A DNA stretch of 64,000 nucleotides, from contig OY970343.1 of the NCBI GenBank assembly GCA_963717525.1, positions 32,001-96,000 on the forward strand. The letters run 5' to 3'. Shown here in pieces: positions 53,689 through 64,000 of this stretch. Both the position numbers and the translations under genes were made by a program. The stretch comes from an uncultured Methanoregulaceae archaeon (lineage in GTDB: Archaea; Halobacteriota; Methanomicrobia; Methanomicrobiales; Methanospirillaceae). Within the stretch, counting starts at the first letter, position 1; each line of letters starts with the position of its first letter. The notes beneath the pieces were generated by a model. That model saw nothing but the letters and a program-made list of their open reading frames with translations, made no database searches and was not told where the DNA came from.

Positions 53689-54012
53689 TCAGGGGGTGTC
53701 ACCGGTTTCCTTCCGTACCCAGTCGAGATACGGTGTATACCCCGAGGTCACCGGGACCACGATAATCTCCGGGACCTCGTAGGAGTGCATTGACCGGAGG
53801 GCGGCAACCGCCGCATCCGCACGGGCTTTTGTGGTCTTTGCGATCAGCAGGTGCTCGGGTTCCCGGCAGACATTCCCTTTCCACCGGTACGTGGACCGGG
53901 CCGGGAGAATACTGACGCAGGCCACCAGCCTGCGGCTCACCAGTTCCTCTGCCAGTACCGCTGCATTATCCGGTGCTGCCGTGCAGAGGATCATCACGAT
54001 ATCCGTTGCCAT
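53689..54012 (-). CDS. cutA: divalent-cation tolerance protein CutA
   Basis: LVACVSI, STYRWKG, HSYEVPEI, YLDWV. Confidence 0.9.
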   Translation of the reverse strand: MATDIVMILCTAAPDNAAVLAEELVSRRLVACVSILPARSTYRWKGNVCREPEHLLIAKTTKARADAAVAALRSMHSYEVPEIIVVPVTSGYTPYLDWVRKETGDTP

Positions 54013-54159
54013 GCCTGCCATCTTCCCGGGATCCCGCTGGTCCCCCTCATGCCACCGGTTCGCTCGCACCCGATATTAAAGATCCCTCCTGTTCTGTCCT
54101 TCCGGTATCCCCTTTTGATCGTTAATTACTAGAGCCTGCGACTCGAACGTATACTACCT

Positions 54160-55307
54160 ATGTACTCAACACGCATGAGCAATCTCCCGCCGTATCTTTT
54201 TGCACGGATTGACGAGATGAAAGCAGAGCAGCAAAAAAAAGGTGTTGATATCATTGACCTGGGTGTTGGCGATCCGGATCTCCCTACGCCACCGCATATC
54301 GTTGCCGCTCTCTGTGCCGCAGCGCAGGACCCACATAACCACCATTATCCCTCGTACGCCGGATTGCCAGCCTACCGGGAGGCAGTTGCCGGCTGGTACC
54401 ACCAGAGATTTGGGGTGAAACTCGATGCCTCAAAGGAGACCCTCGCCCTGATGGGCTCCAAGGACGGGATCACCCATATCGGGGAAGCGTTCGTGAACCC
54501 GGGTGATTACGTGCTTGCCCCGAGCCCCGGGTACCCGGGTATTCGACCGGCACCCTGTTTGCCGAAGGTAAAGTCCACGAGATGCCGCTTTTACGGCAGA
54601 ACCATTTCCTCCCGGTTCTTGACGATATACCAAAGAAGATCGTGCGCTCTGCAAAGCTCCTGTTCATCAATTACCCCAATAATCCCACCGCCGCCGTGGC
54701 ACCGCTCTCGTTCTATCGCGAGGTGGTGGATTTTGCCGCGGACAACAATATTGTCGTGGTCTCGGACAACCCCTACTCGGAAGTTGCGTTTGAAGGCTAC
54801 CTCGCCCCGTCATTTCTGGAGGCACAAGGGGCAACGGAAGTCGGGGTCGAGATGCACTCGCTCTCCAAGACCTACAACATGACCGGCTGGCGTATCGGGA
54901 TGGCAGTGGGAAACGCTGAGATCCTCTCCGGTCTTGGCCGGGTCAAGACCAATGTCGACTCCGGGGTCTTCAACGCCGTCCAGTATGCCGCGATCGCTGC
55001 GCTCTCGGGCCCGCAGGATTGTGTCAGAGAGGCCTGCGCCACCTACCAGGAGCGCCGGGACGTGCTGGTGTCCGGGCTCCGCGAGCTGGGCTTTGATGTT
55101 CCTCTCCCGAAAGCAACCTTCTATGTCTGGGTGCCGGTCAAAGACTGCATGTCCTTTGCGGCAAAACTCCTCAACGAGGCCGGCATCGTGGTGACGCCAG
55201 GCATCGGCTTTGGCTCTGCGGGAGAGGGCTACGTGCGGTTTGCGATTACCCGTCCGGTAGAGCGGATCAAAGAGGCCATCGGGCGCATGCGGAGGCTATC
55301 CTTGTGA
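54160..55307 (+). CDS. dapL: LL-diaminopimelate aminotransferase; frameshift at ~54539
   Basis: PPYLFARID, LGVGDPD, GSKDGI, NYPNNPT, SLSKTYNMTGWRIG; upstream of lysA. Confidence 0.85.
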
Positions 55308-56596
55308 AACTCCCCCCGCATCTCACGATACGAAACGGGCATCTCCATGTCGGCGGCCATGACTGTGTCTCCCTATCAGAAAAATACGGTACCCCGCTCT
55401 ACGTCACGAGCGAGGACCGGATCTGCGACCATTTCAGGGCATACCAGCAGGCTCTCTCCTCACGGTACCCGAACGTCCAGGTGCTCTTTGCGGCAAAGGC
55501 AAACGGCAATCTCGCGGTGATGAGGGCACTGGCACAGCTGGGTGCCGGGGCAGATGTCTTCTCCGGCGGCGAACTCGCGCTTGCCCGTGAGGCCGGCATG
55601 CCGGCAAAAAAACTGCTCTTCAACGGCAGTTCAAAGACGAAGAGCGACCTTGCGCTTGCCGTGCAGCATGGCGTGAAAGTCTCGGTCGACTCCCTTGACG
55701 AGCTTCACCAGCTCGACGCGGTGGCACGGGAGGCCAAAAAAGTCGCTGAGATCTCGTTCCGGGTCAACCCTGCGCTCGAAGTTCCGACCCACCCGAAGAT
55801 AGCAACCGGTCTTGCCACAAGCAAGTTCGGGATCCCCCATGGCCAGATCCCGGCCGCATATAAGGAGGCCCTCTCCTGCAAACACGTCAGACCGGTCGGT
55901 ATTCACTGCCATATCGGGTCGCAGATCCTTGACGTGGAGCCGTTTGCACGGGCCGCAAAAGTGATGGTCAGGATCGCACAGGAGCTCGCCGGGATGGGCG
56001 TGAAGCTCGAGTTCCTCGATCTCGGCGGCGGCCTTGGCGTCCCCTACCATCACGATACCGACCCGGCGCCGACACCGGAGGACTACGCAAACGCGGTTAT
56101 GCCGGTCTTCCTTGCCGGGATCAAAGCGGCCGGGATAACGCCGGAGCTCTGGGTCGAGCCGGGCCGGTACCTTGTCGCCGATTCGACGGTAATCCTCACC
56201 CGGGTCAACTCGACAAAGACCGCACACAAGCGGTTTGCAAACGTGGACGCCGGTTTCAACCTGCTCATCCGGCCTGCGATGTACGATGCCTATCACGAAG
56301 TGATTGTGGCGAACCGTGCTGACGCCCCCCTGACAACCGAATATACCGTCACCGGGCCCATCTGCGAGACCGGCGATATCCTTGCTGCCGACCGGAAGCT
56401 GCCGGAACTTGCCGCGGGCGACCTGATCGCGGTGCTGGATGCCGGGGCTTATGGGTATGCCATGTCCTCGCAGTACAACGGACGTCCCCGTTGCCCTGAA
56501 GTGCTGGTCCACGGGAACGAAACCGCGCTCATGCGTCGCGGCGAGACCCTTGCAGACCTGACCAGTACCATGGTGCACCCGCCCTGGCAGCGGTAA
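55304..56596 (+). CDS. lysA: diaminopimelate decarboxylase
   Basis: AAKAN, SKFGI, HCHIGSQ, DLGGG, EPGR, GPICETGD, YNGRPR. Confidence 0.94.
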   Translation: MKLPPHLTIRNGHLHVGGHDCVSLSEKYGTPLYVTSEDRICDHFRAYQQALSSRYPNVQVLFAAKANGNLAVMRALAQLGAGADVFSGGELALAREAGMPAKKLLFNGSSKTKSDLALAVQHGVKVSVDSLDELHQLDAVAREAKKVAEISFRVNPALEVPTHPKIATGLATSKFGIPHGQIPAAYKEALSCKHVRPVGIHCHIGSQILDVEPFARAAKVMVRIAQELAGMGVKLEFLDLGGGLGVPYHHDTDPAPTPEDYANAVMPVFLAGIKAAGITPELWVEPGRYLVADSTVILTRVNSTKTAHKRFANVDAGFNLLIRPAMYDAYHEVIVANRADAPLTTEYTVTGPICETGDILAADRKLPELAAGDLIAVLDAGAYGYAMSSQYNGRPRCPEVLVHGNETALMRRGETLADLTSTMVHPPWQR

Positions 56597-56611
56597 GAAG
56601 GGAGGCCGCCC

Positions 56612-57922
56612 GTGGTACTCTTCCACTACGCGCTTGTCGATGACCTTATCACCCCGGAAGAGTTCGAACGGCGCGTGGAGGAAAAGATCGACGAGTGCGG
56701 GGATCTCCTCGATGAGCCGACCGCTGCGATGCTCGTGGTCGGGGCGCTTGGAAGGCAGCACGTTAAGATCCGGGCCCTTTCCGGGAAATCCAGTCTGTTC
56801 TGCTTTTTTGCCCGGGTGATCGACAAGACCGAGCCCAGAGAGTTCGACCGCAGGGACGGGGAGAAGGGCTGGGTCGCGACACTTCTGGTGGGCGATGAGA
56901 CCGGGACCACCCGGGTCGTGCTCTGGGACGAGAGGGCAGGCGCTGTGCTCGAGATCGCGATCGGCGACGTACTGGAAGTGATCGGGAGGCACCCGGGGAA
57001 GAACATGCGGGAGATCTACGCGCTTGCCTTACGCAAAGCCAGCTGCGAGATCACATGCACCGCGACTGCCGGCGGGAACGCGGCAGGACTGTCCACCGAA
57101 CCAGTCGATCTCGATGTGATCCTGGTCGGTATGGATGCACCCCGCACATTTACCCGCCGCGACGGGACGACCGGGGAGATGATGGAGTGCGTGATCGGCG
57201 ATGCAGAGGGTACGGCCCGCGTTGTTGCGTGGGTGCCGGACCTGCTCCGGGATATCCCCGCCGGGAGCACGATCCACATCACGGGTGCAAAACCTGACCG
57301 CCGCTCAGAGGGCCGGGCCTACTGCATCGACGAGACCTGCACGGTTAGCCGTTCCGATACCCTTGTCACGATCCCCTTTGCTGCGCTCGCATCGGTCAGC
57401 GATACCGGCACGTACTCCGTGCGGGGCGAGGTGAAGGCAGTGCAGGAACCCCGGTCGTTTACTTCCCGGGACGGGACGGCTTCGTGGGTGCGGAATATCC
57501 GCATCGGAGACGGCGATGAGGAACTCAAAGTCGTTCTCTGGGGAGAGAAGGCGCTGGTGCCGGTGCTGCCCGGCGATCGTGTCGAGATCTTCCATGCGGC
57601 GGCAAAACCCGGCCGGTTCGGGGGCATCGAGCTCGGGGTGGGCCGGGGAAGTGTCCTGCGGATACCGCACGAAGAATCCCGGGCGATCACGTTTACCGGG
57701 ACGATTATTCCCGGGAACGGGTGCACGTTTATCGACGATGGAACAGAGCGGTTCCTTGTCACCGGGGACCTTCCGGCCGGGCATGATGTACGGATCACGG
57801 GAGTGCTGTGCGGGAGCCGCATCATCCCGGAGGTCGTGGAACCGGCAGATAAAGACCCGGATCAGGTGGCAGCCCGCCTCGCCGCCCTTGCCGCCCGGCT
57901 GGATACCCCGGCACCGCCATAA
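56612..57922 (+). CDS. multi-OB-fold replication protein A-like ssDNA-binding protein
   Basis: Three repeats of R.F.R.DG..G.V....GD..G....V.W. Confidence 0.8.
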   Translation: MVLFHYALVDDLITPEEFERRVEEKIDECGDLLDEPTAAMLVVGALGRQHVKIRALSGKSSLFCFFARVIDKTEPREFDRRDGEKGWVATLLVGDETGTTRVVLWDERAGAVLEIAIGDVLEVIGRHPGKNMREIYALALRKASCEITCTATAGGNAAGLSTEPVDLDVILVGMDAPRTFTRRDGTTGEMMECVIGDAEGTARVVAWVPDLLRDIPAGSTIHITGAKPDRRSEGRAYCIDETCTVSRSDTLVTIPFAALASVSDTGTYSVRGEVKAVQEPRSFTSRDGTASWVRNIRIGDGDEELKVVLWGEKALVPVLPGDRVEIFHAAAKPGRFGGIELGVGRGSVLRIPHEESRAITFTGTIIPGNGCTFIDDGTERFLVTGDLPAGHDVRITGVLCGSRIIPEVVEPADKDPDQVAARLAALAARLDTPAPP

Positions 57923-58002
57923 GATCACTTTCACCCTGCGCACGGCCCCGGGTTATATGGGTGGTGTTAAAATGTTGTTGTGCCATAGGAGATGTACAAG
58001 AA

Positions 58003-58979
58003 ATGGCTGACAAAGCACTGGATATAGAAGATTTACCCGGCGTCGGACCAAGCACTGCCGACAAGCTTCGCGAAGCAGGCTACCTTTCCGTCGAGAGCAT
58101 CGCAACTGCCTCACCTGCAGAACTCTCCGAGATCACCGAGATCTCAGAGTCCACAGCGAAGAAGATCATCAAGGCGGCCCGCGAATCCGCAGATATCGGC
58201 GGTTTCAAGACCGGAAAAGACATTTTCGAGCAGAGAAAGGACATCAGGAAGCTCTCGTTCCGGGTCCCGGAGCTCGACGCGCTCCTCGGTGGCGGCCTGG
58301 AAACCCAAGCGATCACCGAGATGTACGGTGAGTTTGGTTCCGGTAAAAGCCAGATCGTCCACCAGATGGCAGTCAACGTCCAGCTGCCCGAAGAGCAGGG
58401 CGGCCTTAATGGCAGTGTGATCTATATCGATACCGAGAACACGTTCCGCCCCGAGCGTATCGAGCAGATGGTCAAGGGTCTTGGCATCGATGACATCCCG
58501 GATTCCCAGGAGTTCCTGGACAATATCCATATCGCCCGGGCTCACACGTCCGATCACCAGATGCTTCTCGTGGAGAACTCCCGGGATCTCGCAAACGAAC
58601 TCAAATCCAGCGATAAGCCGGTAAAACTCTTCATTATCGATTCGCTCACCGCCCATTTCCGGTCCGAGTACGCAGGCCGGGTACGCTTGCCGCACGGCAG
58701 CAGAAACTGAACCGGCACATGCACGATCTCTTCAAGCTCATCGATGAACACAACGCCGTCGGGCTTGTCACGAACCAGGTCATGTCCAACCCCGCTGTGT
58801 TCTTTGGCGATCCGACAAAACCCATCGGGGGGAATATCGTTGGCCACACGGCAACCTTCCGGCTCTACCTCAGGAAGAGCAAGGCCGGCAAACGTATCGC
58901 CCGTCTCGTGGACAGCCCCAACCTTCCCGAGGGAGAAGCACCATTCATGGTTGAAGAGGCGGGACTCAAACCGTGCTGA
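58003..58979 (+). CDS. radA: DNA repair and recombination protein RadA; frameshift at ~58680
   Basis: [32 protein letters not shown](G)[16 protein letters not shown]. Confidence 0.95.
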
Positions 58980-59671
58980 AGGCGATCCTGACAGATGTTG
59001 ACGGAACTATAACGGACCCCGCCCGCAGGATAGACACCGGGGCGATCGAGGTTATCCGATCGCTTGTAGATGACGGGGTCGAGGTTGTCCTTGCGAGCGG
59101 GAATACCTCCTGTTTCATGGATGCCCTTTGCAAAACGATAGGCACCGGGGGGTCATTTATTGCGGAGAACGGGGGTGTATACCGTGTCGGGTACACCGGT
59201 ACCCTCCGCCTCGACGGCGATCAGGGTGTCTGCCGCACCGCTCTTGAAACCGTGCAGGCCCATTACCGGAAGAAGGGGATCGAACTGGAACTCTACAACC
59301 CCACGTACCGGTATACAGATCTTGCCTTTGCCCGGACCGTGCCGGCTGAAGAGGTACTGCAGGTGCTCGCCGGCCAACCGGTACAGGTGATCGACACCGG
59401 GTTTGCCATCCATCTCCAGTCAGAAGGTGTCAGCAAGGGGACCGCCCTTCTTGCGCTCGCAGATGACCTGGACCTCTCCCCAAAAGACTTTTTTGCTATC
59501 GGTGACGGGATCAACGATGTCCAGATGCTTCAATGGGCCGGCCGGGGCGTGACGATAGCGAATGCCCACCCGGCAACAAAAACGGCGGCATCCGATGTTA
59601 TGGAAGAAGCGTACGGGAAGGGCTTTGTACAAGCCACAAAAAAGTATAGGTCTTATTTTCGGGCAATGTAG
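58973..59671 (+). CDS. archaeal phosphoglycolate phosphatase (HAD, Cof-type)
   Basis: DVDGTIT, ASGN, AENGG, SKG, GDGIND. Confidence 0.85.
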   Translation: MLKAILTDVDGTITDPARRIDTGAIEVIRSLVDDGVEVVLASGNTSCFMDALCKTIGTGGSFIAENGGVYRVGYTGTLRLDGDQGVCRTALETVQAHYRKKGIELELYNPTYRYTDLAFARTVPAEEVLQVLAGQPVQVIDTGFAIHLQSEGVSKGTALLALADDLDLSPKDFFAIGDGINDVQMLQWAGRGVTIANAHPATKTAASDVMEEAYGKGFVQATKKYRSYFRAM

Positions 59672-59907
59672 CGATCGACGACGATATAGTCCTTGATATC
59701 CTTTACCGATTCGAAGGGGATGACCAGCAGGTTACCGTCTTCCAGGGCGTAACCGTCGGTGACAAAGGACTGGTCCGGGTGGACGATCAGGTCGAGGACC
59801 TGCCCGGAATCGAAATCGACCCTGAGGTTTTTGAGCGTCCCGATGAGCTTGCCATCGTTGCTCATTATCTTTTTACGCGAGAGGCTGCGGGCAAATGTAC
59901 GAGTCAT
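59653..59907 (-). CDS. PRC-barrel protein (CdpB-like)
   Basis: LSRKKIMSNDGKLIG.L...IPFESVKDIKDYIVV. Confidence 0.8.
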   Translation of the reverse strand: MTRTFARSLSRKKIMSNDGKLIGTLKNLRVDFDSGQVLDLIVHPDQSFVTDGYALEDGNLLVIPFESVKDIKDYIVVDRYIARK

Positions 59908-60074
59908 AAAAAAAATGACGATGTATTAATATTTAAAGTGTTCTGAAATGGCGGGGCATAACAGGTTATTTTGAGAATTTAATCCGACTTTTTCGTTCTT
60001 TTTTGCGCGCGGCCTGTATACGCAAACGCAGCCTCTCCTGTGCCGGGACAATTCCGCTTTGGGAACGGGAGAGA

Positions 60075-60953
60075 TCAGAGCGAGGGAAAGACCCGGATGA
60101 TATCAGACTGGGTGAGGATCCCGACCGGCTTCCCGTTCTCGGTCACTACCAGCCGCCCGATCTCGCGTTCCTTGAAGCGCCGGATCACATCGAAGAGCTT
60201 GATATCCGACGGTGCCTGGACCACGTCACGGGTCATAACCGACGGGAGAGTGGTGTCGAGGGGCAGGTCGTGGTCGAGCGCTTTTGCAATATCGCCCATG
60301 GTGACGATGCCGGCAAGGTAGTCCCCGTCGAGGACCGGTGCCCCGTGGATGCGTTCCCGGTGGAAGAGGGCAACGGCATCCCGGATCGTCTGGGTACTGG
60401 CGAGCGTCTTGAGCGGGGTGCTCATGTATGCCTTGATCGGCTGTTTGGGAAGTGAGATCATCTCCGATGTGGCGATGAGAAGCGACTGCTTGGACTCGTC
60501 TTTCCCAAAGACCTCCCCCCGGATCATGAGCTTGTTTACCGGGGTCGGGCCGATCGTGATCCTGTCACCGATCTCGAAGATCTTGGCACTGCCGATGAGC
60601 TTGATGACCGCGTGGCAGATGTCCGGGTGGCAGAGCGTGGTAAAATCGATCTCCTGCACGTGAGCCCCTTTGATCTTCTCGCCGTCACGGCTGATAGGGA
60701 CATCGTAGTCCCCCTCGGAGATATTCAGGTTGAGCTCATTGTAGGCGAGCTGGGTGGGGATGTACCCTCCTTTCGGGCCGGGGACACCGTCCACGAGGCC
60801 GACCGCTTTGAGGGACTGCATCTGGTTCCTGACCGTGCCCGGGTTCCTCTGGATCATATCCGCGATCTCCTCACCCTTGATGGAATGGGACTGCTGGTGG
60901 TAAAGGGTGATGAGGGTGATGAGGATATCCTTCTGGATCAGGGACAGCTCCAT
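60075..60953 (-). CDS. wHTH + CBS-pair transcriptional regulator
   Basis: GEEIA...RNPGTVRNQMQSL...GPKGGY; two CBS domains. Confidence 0.85.
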   Translation of the reverse strand: MELSLIQKDILITLITLYHQQSHSIKGEEIADMIQRNPGTVRNQMQSLKAVGLVDGVPGPKGGYIPTQLAYNELNLNISEGDYDVPISRDGEKIKGAHVQEIDFTTLCHPDICHAVIKLIGSAKIFEIGDRITIGPTPVNKLMIRGEVFGKDESKQSLLIATSEMISLPKQPIKAYMSTPLKTLASTQTIRDAVALFHRERIHGAPVLDGDYLAGIVTMGDIAKALDHDLPLDTTLPSVMTRDVVQAPSDIKLFDVIRRFKEREIGRLVVTENGKPVGILTQSDIIRVFPSL

Positions 60954-60999
60954 AACGATAAGACGTATCACACTCTATGAATATATAGGTTGGAGTTTT

Positions 61000-61992
61000 G
61001 TGGAATTCGAACGTATGCCTACCGTGCCCACCGCCGATGAGATCCTTGACCGGAGTTTCCGCCGTGCAGCAAAGAAGATGAAAGAGAAACTCAACAAGGA
61101 CCGGGCAAACGAGGAGTTTGTGCGGGCCGTCGGTGCAGCTATCCACGACCGGCTGGTCTACATCATCCGGGGATTCCCCGAGTTTGAGAAGATCCCGCCG
61201 TTTTACCGTGAGATGGCAGAGATCCTCTACGGGGTCGATAACATCAAGCAGTCCCTCGGGGCGGTCGGCTGGGCGGCCAAGCATACCAAGATGGTAGGCC
61301 ACGAGATAGCCATACAGTCCCGGCGATCCACGGAAACCCTCGTGCTCCGGAAACGAGCGGTCGCACGCCTCGCCTCCATGGTCCACCAGATCGATAAGGA
61401 TCTGCTGTTCTTAAACAAGGTACGGAACACCCTGCGGAAGCTGCCCCATGTCGAGGATGCGTTCACGGTCGTGATCGCGGGATACCCCAACGTGGGCAAG
61501 TCCTCGTTCATCCGGCTTGTTTCATCGGCGACACCCGAGATCGCGTCCTACCCATTCACGACAAAAGGCGTGATCGTCGGGCTCCGGGAGCAGGGACGGG
61601 ACCGGATCCAGTTCGTGGATACGCCGGGGATCCTCGACCGGCCTGCAGACGAGAGAAACCCGATCGAGCGGCAGGCCCTTTCCGCGATAATGAACGTGGC
61701 AAGCGTGATCCTCTTCATCCTCGACCCGTCCGAGCACTGCGGGTACCCGATGGAGATGCAGCTGCGCCTCCTTGATGAGGTAAAAGGCATGGTGAACGTA
61801 CCGCTCGTGGTCGTGGCAAACAAGTCCGATCTCAGGGTGCAGGAAGGCTTCCGTGCCATGTCCACCGAGACCAAAGACGGGGTGAATGCGGTGCTCGAAG
61901 AGCTCCTCAGCCACCGCCCGGCCTGGCTTGCCTCACGCAAAGCCAATGAGAGCCCAGCCGATAAAAAACCCGAGGATAGTCCCGCCGTTTAA
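61000..61992 (+). CDS. NOG1-family GTPase
   Basis: GYPNVGKSS, YPFTTK, DTPGILDR, NKSD. Confidence 0.9.
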   Translation: MEFERMPTVPTADEILDRSFRRAAKKMKEKLNKDRANEEFVRAVGAAIHDRLVYIIRGFPEFEKIPPFYREMAEILYGVDNIKQSLGAVGWAAKHTKMVGHEIAIQSRRSTETLVLRKRAVARLASMVHQIDKDLLFLNKVRNTLRKLPHVEDAFTVVIAGYPNVGKSSFIRLVSSATPEIASYPFTTKGVIVGLREQGRDRIQFVDTPGILDRPADERNPIERQALSAIMNVASVILFILDPSEHCGYPMEMQLRLLDEVKGMVNVPLVVVANKSDLRVQEGFRAMSTETKDGVNAVLEELLSHRPAWLASRKANESPADKKPEDSPAV

Positions 61993-62835
61993 AGGCGGGA
62001 GACCGGCCTGCGGGCGTCCTGACATGACAAAGTGGAGCAGGACAACAAGGCCGGCGATGGAGCCGATCATCGCCCCGAGCGCCGGCAGGTTGAAGAGTCC
62101 GAAATATTTTACCCCACCGGTGAAGACGTTTGCAGAGACGACGAGCACCGAGGGCATGATCATGTCGCCCATGCCGATGATAAACGCGGACCGCTCCCCG
62201 CCGTCACCCAGTTTCCCGATTCCCTCTTTGATGAACGAGTAATCCCGCTTTTTGGGGATGACAAAGAGGATCGGCGTTTTCAAATCGATGACGCCTTCGG
62301 CAAGGGTGATCATATGTTTGGTCTTGTAGACCGAGATCGCGTCGTAGACCGCGAGGATTACGAGCAGCACGATGACCGGGATAGTGCCCAGCGAGACACC
62401 GAAGATGGAGGCGACACCGGCCGCAAGGAGGATCCCGAGGGCGTCTATGACGTACCACTCCGGGTATTTGTACAAAAGCACCGTCGCTGCCACGGCGAGT
62501 GCCAGCATGGCCGCGATCTCTGCATCCCCCGGCCCGACAAACAGCGGCACGATTGCGGCAAAGGTGTAGACAAATGTAAGAAAAATGGAGAGCCCGATCA
62601 CCCATGCAATCACGTTCTTCTTGCCGTACCTGATCAGTACGAGGAGAAAGGCCGTAAAACCGAGGAGGATTGCAATAAAGATGAGCGGATCGGCGAGGGA
62701 CTGGGGGTCCTGGAACGCGGCAAGGCCGGCGGCCTGGACCGGGAGCGAGAGGGCGAGGGAACCCAGTTCCACGATGACAAGGATCGCGGGCATCACAAGG
62801 AACGGGATGTATTTCTTTACGTCGCTGGTATCCAT
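61933..62835 (-). CDS. presenilin-like intramembrane aspartyl protease (PSH)
   Basis: YDAISV, GMGD, QAGLPPL; about 9 TM helices. Confidence 0.9.
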   Translation of the reverse strand: MDTSDVKKYIPFLVMPAILVIVELGSLALSLPVQAAGLAAFQDPQSLADPLIFIAILLGFTAFLLVLIRYGKKNVIAWVIGLSIFLTFVYTFAAIVPLFVGPGDAEIAAMLALAVAATVLLYKYPEWYVIDALGILLAAGVASIFGVSLGTIPVIVLLVILAVYDAISVYKTKHMITLAEGVIDLKTPILFVIPKKRDYSFIKEGIGKLGDGGERSAFIIGMGDMIMPSVLVVSANVFTGGVKYFGLFNLPALGAMIGSIAGLVVLLHFVMSGRPQAGLPPLNGGTILGFFIGWALIGFA

Positions 62836-62893
62836 GATGGTGTCTCCGGAGGGATAGTTAGCTTAATGATGTGCGCTCTCATCATCTAAAAGC

Positions 62894-63208
62894 ATGGACA
62901 TTCCCGAGTATCTCCCCGACATCCTGCTCACGGCCATCATGGTGATTTCGACCATCTTTCTCATCCTGCGGTTCTGGCAGGACGTTACCATTGCCATTGC
63001 CGCCGCCCTCATGATGCTTGCGCTGGGCGGGCTTTTCCTGTCCCTCCAGATCAAGGTGCGGAACCTCGAAACGAACGTGATCACCCGGGAGCGCATGCTG
63101 CGCTCGAACCTTGAGGAGATCTCCACCCGCATGACCCAGAAATACGACCAGACCACCAACCACCTGGACGAGCTTGTCGGCGAGTTCTCGAAACGGGTGT
63201 ACAAATAA
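62894..63208 (+). CDS. 2-TM coiled-coil hypothetical protein
   Basis: 104-aa ORF upstream of fen. Confidence 0.65.
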   Translation: MDIPEYLPDILLTAIMVISTIFLILRFWQDVTIAIAAALMMLALGGLFLSLQIKVRNLETNVITRERMLRSNLEEISTRMTQKYDQTTNHLDELVGEFSKRVYK

Positions 63209-63249
63209 GAGTCCGGGCTGCCAGACGGTACGGCAGGAGATAACGGGCC

Positions 63250-64000
63250 ATGGGTGTCGCACTCCGGGATATCATCGCAGACTACAAGACGCCGGTTACC
63301 TGGGAGGGTCTTTCCGGGGTGGCTGCGGTCGATGCGAACAACGCGCTCTACCAGTTTTTGACCATCATCCGGCAGCCTGACGGGACGCCGCTGATGGACC
63401 ATCACGGGAGGGTGACTTCGCACCTCTCGGGGATCCTCTTCCGGATGGTCAACTTCCTTGAGAAAGGGATAAAGCCGGTCTTTGTCTTTGACGGGAAACC
63501 CCCCGAGCTCAAGGAGGCGACGATTGCCGTGCGCCGGAAGAGCCGGGACGAGGCCGGGGAGAAGTGGAAGGAGGCCATCGAGCGTGGCGACGAGGAGGAG
63601 GCGTACAAACAGGCCCGGTCCTCGACCCGGGTGGACGAGACGATCCTTAAGACCTCCCGGGAACTGCTCGACCTGATGGGCATCCCGTATGTCCAGGCCG
63701 CCGGGGAAGGGGAGGCGCAGGCCGCGTTTATGGTGCAGCAGGCCGAAGCCCGGTTCGCGGTCTCGCAGGACTACGACACGCTGCTCTTTGGTACGCCCAC
63801 GCTCGTGCGGAACCTCACCGTGAGCGGGAAGCGCAAGATCCGGGGCCGGGTCATCTCCGTCAGCCCGGAACGGGTGGTGCTTGCCGATGTGCTCGCCGGC
63901 CTGCACCTGACCCGGGAGCAGCTGATCCAGGTGGGGATCCTTGTCGGGACAGACTTCAACCCGGGTGCCGAAGGCGTGGGAGCGAAGACGGCCCTGAAGA
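63250..64000 (+). CDS. fen: flap endonuclease 1 (3' truncated by window)
   Basis: MGV.LRD..., [47 protein letters not shown]. Open to the window end, so absent from the ORF track. Confidence 0.93.
   Translation, partial: MGVALRDIIADYKTPVTWEGLSGVAAVDANNALYQFLTIIRQPDGTPLMDHHGRVTSHLSGILFRMVNFLEKGIKPVFVFDGKPPELKEATIAVRRKSRDEAGEKWKEAIERGDEEEAYKQARSSTRVDETILKTSRELLDLMGIPYVQAAGEGEAQAAFMVQQAEARFAVSQDYDTLLFGTPTLVRNLTVSGKRKIRGRVISVSPERVVLADVLAGLHLTREQLIQVGILVGTDFNPGAEGVGAKTALK

Noticed and set aside
55631..56992. Long antisense ORFs (e.g. 55631-56992, 49913-51010, 62863-63906, 26940-27830, 30942-31832)
   Set aside because: They are shadows of well-supported genes on the opposite strand in GC-rich DNA and carry no recognisable motifs.
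54160..58979. radA and dapL as pseudogenes or programmed frameshifts
   Set aside because: Both halves are fully conserved, no slippery heptamer is evident, and the same indel pattern recurs in about 13 unrelated genes. Sequencing error is more parsimonious.

Overview
This is a methanogen chromosome segment. Gene content (radA, fen, dph5, archaeal nusA, dapL/lysA, DUF1890/DUF1894, class III pilin signal peptides) fits Methanomicrobiales, Methanoregula-like; this assignment is inferred. tRNA-Thr(CGT) at 25602-25673 splits the window in two. To its left is accessory DNA: a tyrosine integrase abutting the tRNA 3' end, small DNA-binding ORFs, and a 7.9-20.8 kb locus. That locus combines a PstS phosphate-binding domain carrying a type IV pilin signal peptide, pstC, an extended pstA, PKD-repeat surface proteins, a pilus-assembly ATPase and a second pilin, making it a candidate 'phosphate bindosome/pilus'. 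To the right is GC-rich core-like DNA: a heteromeric uppS pair, KaiC-like/GTPase genes, leuCDB, a nitrogenase-like nifH plus two short D/K-like genes beside O2-detox genes, a 2-oxoacid:ferredoxin oxidoreductase, dapL-lysA, RPA-radA, presenilin and fen. An unannotated ~190-nt rod-like RNA fold lies at 40085-40276. About 13 genes, including radA and dapL, carry small frameshifts, 7 of them at GTAC sites. These are probably methylation-linked long-read errors rather than pseudogenes. All calls come from manual motif recognition; no searches were run.
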